NCBI GenBank assembly: GCA_964426735.1
Contig: CAYRRP010000004.1
Coordinates: 25,142-88,448 of the forward strand
Length of the DNA stretch: 63,307 bases
Direction: 5' to 3'
Origin: an uncultured Candidatus Saccharibacteria bacterium
GTDB taxonomy: Bacteria > Patescibacteriota > Minisyncoccia > Phycocordibacterales > DATDWN01
Shown here one piece after another: positions 24,741-33,915 of this stretch. Both the position numbers and the translations under genes were made by a program. The notes under the pieces are model-generated. The model ran no database searches. It was not told the origin of the DNA and saw nothing but the letters and a program-made list of their open reading frames with translations. How positions within the stretch are numbered: the first letter of the stretch is position 1; every line of letters begins with the position of its first letter.

Positions 24741-27700
24741 ATGGCAGAAGATAAAGATGTAAAGCTAAAAAGTGAGACCGCACAACGAGAAGAGAGTATT
24801 CTCGATTTTTGGCAAAAAGAAAAAATATTTGAAAAGACCCTCGCAAAGGAATCTCCAAAAGGGGAGTTTGTGTTCTATGAGGGTCCACCGACTGCAAATG
24901 CAAAGCCCGCACTGCATCATCTCGAAGCACGCGCATTTAAAGATGTAATACCGCGTTTTAAAACAATGCATGGTTTTCATGTGCGACGTAAAGGAGGATG
25001 GGATACTCATGGTCTTCCGGTGGAACTTCAGATAGAAAAAAAGCTCGGACTTCAATCTAAAAAAGATATTGAAAGCTATGGTATCGAAGCATTTAATAAA
25101 GAGTGTAAGGATAGTGTATTTGAATATATCGGAGAGTGGGAAAAATTTACTGATCGTATTGGATACTGGGTAGACAAAAAGAATGCGTATTTTACGTTCA
25201 ATCCAAGTTACATGGAGTCGGTGTGGAATATTGTCAAAACAGTTGATGAGAAAAAACTTTTGTACAAAGACTACAAGGTGGTGCCGTGGTGTCCTCGTTG
25301 TGGTACTGGTCTTTCGTCACACGAGCTCGCGCAAGGGTATGAAGATGTGAAGGATCTTTCGGTGTATGTGAAATTTCATTTAAAATCGGGACAGACATTT
25401 GGAGGAGATAGAATTACTAAAGATTCTGCTTATATTGTTGCTTGGACTACAACCCCGTGGACATTACCAGGGAATGTTGGTTTGGCTGTAGGGAAAGATA
25501 TTAAATATACAGCATTGAGAGTGGGTGGTATCTCAGAACTATTGATAGTTGCTAGTGAGAGAATTTTAGATTTGTTTAAAGACCAAAAGATTGAAATAGT
25601 TCATGAGGGTATTTTTGGTTCAGATCTTATTGGTCTTTCATACGAACCGCTATTCCCATATCTTGCGGACAAATTTACTGATAAAAATCCAGAAGCGTTT
25701 CAAAAAGCATACAAAGTATATGCAGGGGATTTTGTAACTACAGAAGATGGTACGGGTATTGTGCACACTGCAGTGATGTACGGACAAGAAGATTTTGATT
25801 TAGGTACAGAGGTTGGTTTGCCAAAATTCCATCTTGTAAATCCAGACGGACATTTTCTCGACGGTATGGATTTTCTTTCAGGGCGCTTTGTAAAAGAAAA
25901 AAGTCCTGAAGGAAAGCCAACCTTGGATGTGGATATCATCAACTATCTCAAGGAACACAATCTATTTTTTGCTCAAGAAAATTACAAACACTCATATCCA
26001 CATTGTTGGCGATGTAAAACTCCACTTATATATTATGCGCGAGATTCGTGGTACATCCGTATGTCGTCTCTCCGAAAAGAACTGATGGCAGAAAATGAAG
26101 GTGTTCGTTGGGAGCCAAAACATATCAAAGAGGGTCGCTTCGGTGAGTGGCTTCGTGAGATCAAAGATTGGGCTATTTCTCGTGAGCGATACTGGGGGAC
26201 TCCGCTTCCTGTATGGACTGATCCAGAAGGGAATTATCGAGTGGTAGGGAGTGTCAATGAACTCAGAAATCTCACTCAGAAATCTGGTAATACATACACT
26301 GTCATGCGTCATGGGCAGGCGGAAAATAATACTCGTGGTATTGCAAGTACAAAAAAAGACAATCCACACCATTTGACTGACCTCGGAAAAGAACAAGTGA
26401 GAGTCTCTATAGAAGATGTTCGCGGTAGAAATATAACAAAGATTATCGCTTCACCATTTGTTCGAACACGAGAGACTGCGGAAATGGTGGCAGAAGCACT
26501 TGGTATTGCAAAAGATGTAATCATATATGATGAACGACTTGGTGAACACAATGTTGGAATATTTGATGGACAATCGATAGAAGCCTATCGTCAGTTTTGT
26601 GTAGATAATGATTATTATACCGGCAGGCCAGAAGGTGGAGAGACGGTAGGTGAAATGAAAAACCGTGTCGGAGATTTTCTCTATGAAATCGAACAGAAAT
26701 ATCAAAATGAAAATATTTTAATTGTTACTCATGAAGATCCGGCATGGATGCTTTTTGCGGTTGCTGCAGGATGTAATCAAGAAGAGACACTCAAACTCGA
26801 TCCTTCAGGATGTGAATTTATAAAAAACGCTGAGGTGCGAGTACTTAATTTTATCCCACTGCCTCATAACAGAAACTTTGAGCTTGATTTGCATCGACCG
26901 CACATCGATAATGCAATGCTTTGTAATGAAAAAGGTCAGCCACTTACTCGTGTGAAAGAAGTGATGGATGTGTGGTTTGACTCAGGTGCTATGCCGTTTG
27001 CTCAGGTCAACTATCCATTTTTAGAAGAGGGGTTGTTATATCCTGCGGATTTTATTTCTGAAGCAATTGACCAGACTCGCGGATGGTTTTATACCCTCCA
27101 TGCGATTGGAGTACTAATGGGTAAAGGTAAAGCATATAAAAATGTGATCTGCCTTGGACATATTCTCGATGCTGAGGGGAAGAAGATGTCTAAATCGATT
27201 GGAAATATTGTTAATCCAAATGAGATGATGGATCTCTATGGTGTCGATGCACTTCGTTTGTGGATGTACAGTGTAAACCAACCAGGGGATTCGAAAAACT
27301 TTGATCCATCAACAGTAGATGAGATTGTTAAAAAAGTTTTCAATCCAACTCGAAATATTCTTGCTTTTTATGAGCTTTATGCTGATGAAGATACAAAAGC
27401 ATTTACAGGAAAATCAAATCATGTTCTTGACCAGTGGATAATGAGTCGTCTCAACGAAGTAATCAGAGAGGGTACTCAATCACTCGAAAACTATCAGGTA
27501 TTTGAGTCTGCCCGCTTAATTCGTGATTTTGTCAATGATTTCTCGACGTGGTATGTACGACGCTCACGAGACAGATTTAAATCCGAAAACAAAAAAGAAA
27601 AAAATGAAGCGCTTGCAACAACTCGCTTTGTACTACAAGAACTCGTAAAATACATGGCTCCGTTTACTCCATTTTTTGCTGAAGATGTATATCGTACGCT

Positions 27701-28277
27701 TCGTCTCGATATTGATCCTGAAAGTGTTCATCTTTCCATGTGGCCACAAGGAGGTGAAGTTAATGAAAAACTTATAGCTGATATGCAAAATGTTCGAGAG
27801 ACGGTGACTCGAGTGCTTGAACTTCGTTCAAAAGCAAATATAAAAGTAAGACAACCACTTGTGTCTTTGGTGGTGAAAGAAGAGTTTGGAGAAGAGCTTC
27901 GTGCAATTATTGCTGATGAGGTGAATGTAAAAGAAGTTGCCTCGGATGCAACTATGGCAGGAGAACTCGAGCTTGATACAACACTGACTCCGGACTTGAT
28001 TGAGGAAGGAATTGCGCGAGATGTAATTCGTGCTATTCAAGATGCTCGTAAAAAAGAAAATCTAACACCGAGTCAGACCGTTACACTTTCTATATCAGGA
28101 ATCGGAACAGAATTTTTGAATCGATGGGGTGAGATGATACAAAAACCTACAGGAGTGAAAAGTATTGAGGTTGTAGATGCACAAGGGGTTCATAAGCTCA
28201 CTCTCGATAACCTCTCGATTTCATTTTCTTTAGAACTTCAAAATCTGAGTGAAGTTCTAGGCGGACAAGAAAAATAA
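24741..28277 (+). CDS. ileS: Isoleucine--tRNA ligase carrying an inserted histidine-phosphatase domain
   Basis: PPTANAKPALHHL (HIGH region), the editing domain WTTTPWTLPGN, ISRERYWGTPLPVW, and KMSKS (KKMSKSIGN). The ATG at 24741 is preferred, since the upstream 24 codons are REP sequence. Confidence 0.9.
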   Translation: MAEDKDVKLKSETAQREESILDFWQKEKIFEKTLAKESPKGEFVFYEGPPTANAKPALHHLEARAFKDVIPRFKTMHGFHVRRKGGWDTHGLPVELQIEKKLGLQSKKDIESYGIEAFNKECKDSVFEYIGEWEKFTDRIGYWVDKKNAYFTFNPSYMESVWNIVKTVDEKKLLYKDYKVVPWCPRCGTGLSSHELAQGYEDVKDLSVYVKFHLKSGQTFGGDRITKDSAYIVAWTTTPWTLPGNVGLAVGKDIKYTALRVGGISELLIVASERILDLFKDQKIEIVHEGIFGSDLIGLSYEPLFPYLADKFTDKNPEAFQKAYKVYAGDFVTTEDGTGIVHTAVMYGQEDFDLGTEVGLPKFHLVNPDGHFLDGMDFLSGRFVKEKSPEGKPTLDVDIINYLKEHNLFFAQENYKHSYPHCWRCKTPLIYYARDSWYIRMSSLRKELMAENEGVRWEPKHIKEGRFGEWLREIKDWAISRERYWGTPLPVWTDPEGNYRVVGSVNELRNLTQKSGNTYTVMRHGQAENNTRGIASTKKDNPHHLTDLGKEQVRVSIEDVRGRNITKIIASPFVRTRETAEMVAEALGIAKDVIIYDERLGEHNVGIFDGQSIEAYRQFCVDNDYYTGRPEGGETVGEMKNRVGDFLYEIEQKYQNENILIVTHEDPAWMLFAVAAGCNQEETLKLDPSGCEFIKNAEVRVLNFIPLPHNRNFELDLHRPHIDNAMLCNEKGQPLTRVKEVMDVWFDSGAMPFAQVNYPFLEEGLLYPADFISEAIDQTRGWFYTLHAIGVLMGKGKAYKNVICLGHILDAEGKKMSKSIGNIVNPNEMMDLYGVDALRLWMYSVNQPGDSKNFDPSTVDEIVKKVFNPTRNILAFYELYADEDTKAFTGKSNHVLDQWIMSRLNEVIREGTQSLENYQVFESARLIRDFVNDFSTWYVRRSRDRFKSENKKEKNEALATTRFVLQELVKYMAPFTPFFAEDVYRTLRLDIDPESVHLSMWPQGGEVNEKLIADMQNVRETVTRVLELRSKANIKVRQPLVSLVVKEEFGEELRAIIADEVNVKEVASDATMAGELELDTTLTPDLIEEGIARDVIRAIQDARKKENLTPSQTVTLSISGIGTEFLNRWGEMIQKPTGVKSIEVVDAQGVHKLTLDNLSISFSLELQNLSEVLGGQEK
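26280..26870 (+). other. Histidine phosphatase (phosphoglycerate-mutase-like) domain inserted in IleS
   Basis: TVMRHGQAENN (RHG motif), LTDLGKEQ, ASPFVRTRETA, ERLGEHNVGIFDG, LIVTHEDP. It lies between ..VGSVNELRNL and ..LDLHRPHID of the IleS body. Confidence 0.75.
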
Positions 28278-28351
28278 TTGGAGCCGTACTAACGTACGGT
28301 GAGAATTATTTTTTGCAGTCCAACAACGAAATTTACCAGATTTTGAAGTTC
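28233..28351 (-). repeat. Dispersed ~115-nt hairpin repeat, copy C (inverted orientation), overlapping the ileS 3' end
   Basis: The outer stem GAACTTCAAAATCTG / CAGATTTTGAAGTTC is perfect over 15 bp. The core is GAGCCGTACTAACGTACGGTGAG. The last 15 ileS codons and its stop lie inside the element. Confidence 0.85.
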
Positions 28352-28355
28352 GATT

Positions 28356-28934
28356 ATGAGCTATCAGATTTATACAACCAAAGCATTAGTCATTAAGCGA
28401 ATACCTTATGACGCAAACGTATCATATCTTTTGTATACAAAAGATATGGGACTCATTAGTGCACTAGCGACTGGTGTGCGAAAAAGTGAATCAAAACTCC
28501 GCTATGCACTTCAAGAGTATTCACTTTGTGAAGTGTCGCTCGTAAAAGGCCGACATACGTGGCGTCTTACTTCTGCAGTACTTGAAACAAATCTTTATCT
28601 CTCTGCTTCTGCACTCGTTGCTCGTGAAGTGATTGCGCGTATTTGTACTCAGGTGGTGCGTCTAGTTGCGGGGCAGGAGAGAGATGAACAGCTATTTAAT
28701 ACACTCACACTTGGTTTAAAAGAGCTCACTTCAACATCTGCAGATATGATATCTCCACTTGAAATACTGATCATGCTTCGAATGCTTCATATACTTGGGT
28801 ACGTGTCTGATGTGGACACTTCTGTCTGTATGCCATATATCTCATATAGTGAAGACGTGATACATAGAGTAGCTCATTCAAAACAGGTGTTTGTTGCACA
28901 TATCAACAAAGGACTACGAGAAAGTCAGTTATAA
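28356..28934 (+). CDS. recO: DNA repair protein RecO (short form)
   Basis: The N-terminal OB-fold pattern (KALVIKRIPYDANVSYLLYTKDMGLISALATGVRK..SKLR) is typical of RecO. Confidence 0.6.
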   Translation: MSYQIYTTKALVIKRIPYDANVSYLLYTKDMGLISALATGVRKSESKLRYALQEYSLCEVSLVKGRHTWRLTSAVLETNLYLSASALVAREVIARICTQVVRLVAGQERDEQLFNTLTLGLKELTSTSADMISPLEILIMLRMLHILGYVSDVDTSVCMPYISYSEDVIHRVAHSKQVFVAHINKGLRESQL

Positions 28935-29005
28935 ATAAAAGGTAAATACTCCAGGTTAATACCTTTTATTCGTATATCAATATAAGATAATGTTATAATA
29001 AATGT

Positions 29006-30889
29006 ATGACTGTAGAAGATGATCGAATCGAACAGCTTAAGCGAAAACTCTATTCACGTGATGGAGTTGTTCCTGCTATATCAACTGATTTTAAAATACA
29101 ACAAAATGCTGTCGATGAAGTAAAAGATGATTGGAGTACAGAGCTGCATATTGATGGTGCTCCATATGAACAATCAACTCATCCGTTTCTAAAAAAATTC
29201 TTTGCAGCATCTCTCGTCTTTTTTCTTGTTGCGCTTGCAGTAGCGGGGTATATGTTTTTTATGGGTACAAATGAAGTGTCTTCTGCAAATGTAGATATTG
29301 TAATCGTTGGGCCAGCAAGTGTTGCGTCAGGTGAACAGGTTGATCTAGGGTTGTCATTGCGTAATAAAAATCGTACAACACTCCATGATATTGTGCTTAC
29401 GATTGAGTATCCTGAGGGTGCTCGAGCTCAAGACAATAGTGCTGAGCCACTGAAACGTACGACAGAACAGATAGCATCTTTGGCAAAAGATTCAGAGCAT
29501 AATACAACAGCGAAGTTTTATGTATTTGGAGATAAAGATGTTCCTAAAACACTCACGATTAAGATGGAGTATTCTGTTACTGGTTCATCTGCGCGATTTA
29601 CGAAAGAAAAAAAATACGATGTTCTTATCGGCTCATCTCCATTGTTGATCAGTGTGTCTGCTCCTCAAGAGATTAATTCAGGTCAACAAGTTTCAATGCA
29701 AGTGACTGTGACATCAAATTCAACATCTCTCTTGAAAGATGTGTTGGTGAAGGCAGAATATCCATATGGGTTTACATACAATCGGGCAACACTCGAACCT
29801 GAAAGTGATAAACAGACATGGAAGATTGGTGATTTAAAAAATGGTGATAAAAAAGTATTTACGGTTATAGGTAGTGTACTCGCTCAAGATAATGAAGAGC
29901 GGACATTTAGATTTCTGGCAGGTGTGGCAAATCTTGATGGTGACGTAGAGACAGTGCTTGGCACAGCGATGCCGACAATTTCTGTACGCAAACCTTTTTT
30001 CAATACTATATTTTCTTTAGATGGTGATGTGTCTGATGTGGTAGGTGCAAAAGCAAACACACGTGTATCAGCTCAACTGTCAGTTGCAAACTCGCTCCCG
30101 GATTCTCTTTCAAATGTTGTATTAGAGGTTAAGATGAGTGGGGCTGCGTTAAATAAATCTGGTGTACGAGTGAATAGTGGAGGTTTTTATCAATCAAGCC
30201 AAAACGTGATTGTATGGGATAAAAATACAGATTCATCTTTTGATTTTATGCGACCAGGAGACAAGGTTTCAGCTCGGTTTGATTTAGAGAGTTTTAATGT
30301 TCCTCAGACAATGAAAAACCCAGAGATTACATTTGATGTGACGCTGAAAGGTGTTCGGTCTTTGGCTGGTGGTGGTGTTGATAATGTAGTGTCTACGGTC
30401 ACAAAAAAACTAAAGTTTTTTACAGATATTACTCTCGCTGCACGTTCATTACGACTTGGTGCATTGCAAAATACTGGCCCTGTTCCTCCGCAGCGAGACA
30501 CTCCTTCAACATATACAATCGAGTGGGTGCTTTCAAATACACACAATGATGTTCAAAAATCACAAGTACAAACAGTGCTTCCGGTGTATGTTGAATGGAT
30601 GGGTGTTGTATCTCCAAGTACAGAAAGTGTGATCTATAATGCAGATACACGTATGGTTACATGGAATGCAGGTACAATCGGTGCAGGTGCGGGGTATCTC
30701 ACGTCTCCTAAAAAAGTACTGTTTCAGGTAAAAATAAATCCAAGTGTATCGCAGGTTGGTTTGAGTCCGGCATTGACCGGCGATCTTCGCGTATCAGGAA
30801 TGGATACTTTTGTAGGTAAGGCGGTGGTGAATGATCTTATTCCGGTTACTACTAATACTGCGGATGGGTTTTCCGGTATAGTACAGTAA
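29006..30889 (+). CDS. Large membrane-anchored beta-rich protein, unknown function
   Basis: Single TM helix (FFAASLVFFLVALAVAGYMFF), followed by about 540 aa of repetitive beta-sandwich-like sequence. Confidence 0.6.
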   Translation: MTVEDDRIEQLKRKLYSRDGVVPAISTDFKIQQNAVDEVKDDWSTELHIDGAPYEQSTHPFLKKFFAASLVFFLVALAVAGYMFFMGTNEVSSANVDIVIVGPASVASGEQVDLGLSLRNKNRTTLHDIVLTIEYPEGARAQDNSAEPLKRTTEQIASLAKDSEHNTTAKFYVFGDKDVPKTLTIKMEYSVTGSSARFTKEKKYDVLIGSSPLLISVSAPQEINSGQQVSMQVTVTSNSTSLLKDVLVKAEYPYGFTYNRATLEPESDKQTWKIGDLKNGDKKVFTVIGSVLAQDNEERTFRFLAGVANLDGDVETVLGTAMPTISVRKPFFNTIFSLDGDVSDVVGAKANTRVSAQLSVANSLPDSLSNVVLEVKMSGAALNKSGVRVNSGGFYQSSQNVIVWDKNTDSSFDFMRPGDKVSARFDLESFNVPQTMKNPEITFDVTLKGVRSLAGGGVDNVVSTVTKKLKFFTDITLAARSLRLGALQNTGPVPPQRDTPSTYTIEWVLSNTHNDVQKSQVQTVLPVYVEWMGVVSPSTESVIYNADTRMVTWNAGTIGAGAGYLTSPKKVLFQVKINPSVSQVGLSPALTGDLRVSGMDTFVGKAVVNDLIPVTTNTADGFSGIVQ

Positions 30890-30892
30890 AAG

Positions 30893-31008
30893 CCTTCAGA
30901 ATGGCAAACTCCTTTGTCGGAACCTTGATTGATGCCCACTCACCGTACGACAAGTACGGCTCGGGAGCATCAATCAGTTTCCTTCGCGGATTTCATCCAT
31001 CCTGAAAG
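30893..31008 (+). repeat. Dispersed ~115-nt hairpin repeat, copy D
   Basis: CCTTCAGAATGG-CAAACTCCTTTGTCGGAA...CTCACCGTACGACAAGTACGGCTC...TTCCTTCGCGGATTTCATCCATCCTGAAAG. It starts 4 nt after the upstream stop. Confidence 0.85.
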
Positions 31009-31063
31009 ACTTTATTAAAACTGAAGTTGATTGTGAAGCGTATTTAATATACTATTTGAAATT

Positions 31064-32452
31064 ATGGCAGAAAAAAATCAAGAATTGATGGAAAAAATTG
31101 TGTCTCTCTGTAAGCGCCGAGGGTTTGTTTTTCCTGGTTCTGAAATCTATGGGGGATTGGCGGGTACGTTTGATTATGGACCGCTTGGTGTTGCATTGCG
31201 CAACAATATAAAAACACTTTGGTGGAAGCGATTTGTTGATGATCGAGAGGATATGTATGGTGTTGATGCAGCAATTTTAATGAATCAAAATGCCTGGAAA
31301 GCCTCAGGGCATGTCGGTGGCTTCAACGATCCTTTAGTTGAAGATTTGAAAACTAAAAAAAGATACAGAGCAGACCATTTGCTTGAGGATGCAGGTGTAG
31401 ATGTAAAAGGTCTCAATATTTCACAAATGGATGCTTTGATAAAAGAAAAAGGAATCAAAAGTCCTGACGGGAATCCTCTTGGTGACGTACGTCAATTTAA
31501 CATGATGTTTAAAACTCATTTCGGTGCCACCGAAGGGGAGGATTCTGTGACATATTTGCGACCTGAAACAGCGGGTGGTATGTTTGTGAATTTTAAAAAT
31601 ATTCTCGACTCATTTCATCCAAAACTTCCGTTTGGTATGGCTCAGATTGGGAAGGCTTTTCGAAATGAAATTGCACCTCGTGATTTTATCTTCCGTCTCC
31701 GCGAGTTGGAGCAGATGGAAATTGAATACTTTGTAGACCCGAGAGATAGTAAAAAAGTAGATGAGATTTTTGATATGTGGTTTGACGAGCAGGTAGCATT
31801 TTTGAAAGACCTTGGTCTTCCCGAATCAAAGATTCATAAAATAGATGTACCTGAGGCAGATAGAGCTCACTATTCAAAGAGAAGTGTTGATACTGAATTT
31901 GATTTTGCTATCGGACAAAAGGAGCTTCTTGGTCTTGCGTATCGTACTGACTTTGACCTCTCTGCACACTCACATGCATCAGGAGTTGATCTTTCGTATT
32001 TTGATGAAGAAACGAAAGAAAGAGTGATGCCTCATTGTATTGAACCAACATTTGGTGTTGATCGCACATTTCTTGCAGTCCTTTCATCTGCATATACTGA
32101 GGATGAGCTTGGAGGGGAAACACGTACTTACTTAAAATTTGCACCAAAAATTGCACCGGTATTGGTTGCTGTATCTCCACTTTTGAAAAACAAACCAGAG
32201 CTTGTAGCAAAGGCGAGAGAAGTGTTCGGAGAACTCAAGAAAAAATTTGGACGAGTAACCTTTGATGACAACGGAAATATCGGAAAGCGATATCGAAGAC
32301 AGGATGAAATCGGTACACCGTTCTGTGTGGTGATTGATTTTGAAACAATCGAACAGGGAACCGGGGTTACTGTTCGAGATCGAGATACTGGAGAACAAAC
32401 TCGCATGCAAGTACCAGAACTCATCGCCTACATTGAAGAAAAACTAGACTAA
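31064..32452 (+). CDS. glyQS: Glycine--tRNA ligase (dimeric class II type)
   Basis: RRGFVFPGSEIYGGLAGTFDYGPLG, FRNEIAPRDFIFRLREL (motif 2 region), and a C-terminal anticodon-binding domain. Confidence 0.9.
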   Translation: MAEKNQELMEKIVSLCKRRGFVFPGSEIYGGLAGTFDYGPLGVALRNNIKTLWWKRFVDDREDMYGVDAAILMNQNAWKASGHVGGFNDPLVEDLKTKKRYRADHLLEDAGVDVKGLNISQMDALIKEKGIKSPDGNPLGDVRQFNMMFKTHFGATEGEDSVTYLRPETAGGMFVNFKNILDSFHPKLPFGMAQIGKAFRNEIAPRDFIFRLRELEQMEIEYFVDPRDSKKVDEIFDMWFDEQVAFLKDLGLPESKIHKIDVPEADRAHYSKRSVDTEFDFAIGQKELLGLAYRTDFDLSAHSHASGVDLSYFDEETKERVMPHCIEPTFGVDRTFLAVLSSAYTEDELGGETRTYLKFAPKIAPVLVAVSPLLKNKPELVAKAREVFGELKKKFGRVTFDDNGNIGKRYRRQDEIGTPFCVVIDFETIEQGTGVTVRDRDTGEQTRMQVPELIAYIEEKLD

Positions 32453-32550
32453 AAAAAACTTAAAAATAGACAATACAAAAGCCCTCTAAACAAGGGCTTT
32501 TGTATTTCATACAAGCATGATATATTCACCCTGATTTTGCGACCCGTACC

Positions 32551-32585
32551 CATTCGGAGCCATTCGCGACATTCGTATAATATTC
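32551..32585 (+). repeat. Four phased ATTCG motifs upstream of the second M16 peptidase
   Basis: ATTCG occurs at 32551, 32561, 32570 and 32581, a spacing of 10, 9 and 11 nt. The last copy is 9 nt before the ATG at 32594. Confidence 0.6.
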
Positions 32586-32593
32586 GTATTCTA

Positions 32594-33862
32594 ATGAAAT
32601 TCACCCAAAAAAAGCTCAAAAATGGTATCAAACTCATGCTTGCGCCCATGAAGGATTCGTTGTCTACTACGGTCTTCGTGATGGGTCGTGTGGGCTCTAA
32701 ATACGAGACAAAAGGGAACAATGGTATCTCTCATTTTGTTGAACACATGGTTTTCAAAGGCACAAAGAAGCGACCAACTGCAATGGATATATCAAAAGCC
32801 CTTGATGAAATGGGTTCTCAGTACAATGCGTTCACTTCACAGGAATGTACCGGATATTATGCAAAAGCGCATCCTAAAAATATCGATACATTGATCGATG
32901 TGATTTCTGATATATATCTTTATCCAACCTTTGATCCAAAAGAACTTCAAAAAGAAAAAGGGGTGATTATAGAAGAGATCAATATGTACGAAGATATGCC
33001 ACATAAGCAAGTGGAAAATGTTTTTGCTCAAGCGATGTATGGTGACCAGCCGGCTGGGTGGTCTATTGTGGGCAGTAAAGAAAATGTGAAAAATATGACG
33101 GTACGTGATTTGGAAAAATACTGGAAGAGTCACTATGTGGCGAGTGCTACTACTGTACTTATCTCGGGAAATTTTGATACACGAACAATTACAAAGAAAA
33201 TAGAGAAAGCATTTGATGGTATTTCTCGAAGCGCAAAAGCAAAGAAGCGTCCGGTGGTAGAACCTCAGAATCGACCAAAGATATTGATTAAATACAAAAA
33301 GACAGATCAGGCACATATTTCACTAGGAGTACGTTCGTTTGCAGGTAAGCATAAGCTTTCACCTGCACTCAAGGTGCTTGATGCGGTTTTGGGTGGAGGT
33401 ATGAGCTCTCGACTTTTTCAGAAGCTTCGTGAAGAGATGGGTGTAGGCTACTACTTACGTACAATGATAGATGAATACACCGACCATGGATATTTTTCAA
33501 TATCTCTTGGTGTTGATTCATCTCGATCAATTGAGGTTGTGAAGGCGATACTTGCGGAGTGTCAAACACTTAAAACACAACTTATATCAAAATCTGAACT
33601 TGAAAAAGCAAAAGAATATTTGATCGGTAATACTATTCTCTCGCTCGAATCATCTGATTCAATGGCGGAATATTTTGCACTACAAGATGTAACAGGGGAG
33701 GAAATCACTACACCTGATGGATTGATTAGAAAAATCCGCAAAGTTACAGCTGCTGACGTACAAAAAGTAGCAAAAGAAATATTTGCAAATGATCGCCTGG
33801 TGCTTGCTATTGTTGGGCCTGTAAAAGAATCTGAAGCACTGAAGAAAGCATTTCAGTTCTAA
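32594..33862 (+). CDS. M16 family zinc peptidase (second copy)
   Basis: HFVEHMVFKGT (HxxEH). Size of about 420 aa. Confidence 0.85.
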   Translation: MKFTQKKLKNGIKLMLAPMKDSLSTTVFVMGRVGSKYETKGNNGISHFVEHMVFKGTKKRPTAMDISKALDEMGSQYNAFTSQECTGYYAKAHPKNIDTLIDVISDIYLYPTFDPKELQKEKGVIIEEINMYEDMPHKQVENVFAQAMYGDQPAGWSIVGSKENVKNMTVRDLEKYWKSHYVASATTVLISGNFDTRTITKKIEKAFDGISRSAKAKKRPVVEPQNRPKILIKYKKTDQAHISLGVRSFAGKHKLSPALKVLDAVLGGGMSSRLFQKLREEMGVGYYLRTMIDEYTDHGYFSISLGVDSSRSIEVVKAILAECQTLKTQLISKSELEKAKEYLIGNTILSLESSDSMAEYFALQDVTGEEITTPDGLIRKIRKVTAADVQKVAKEIFANDRLVLAIVGPVKESEALKKAFQF

Positions 33863-33915
33863 TACGTGTGTTGTGCATAATGACGGAGGATATTTCTTTG
33901 TGTTACTATAGACGT

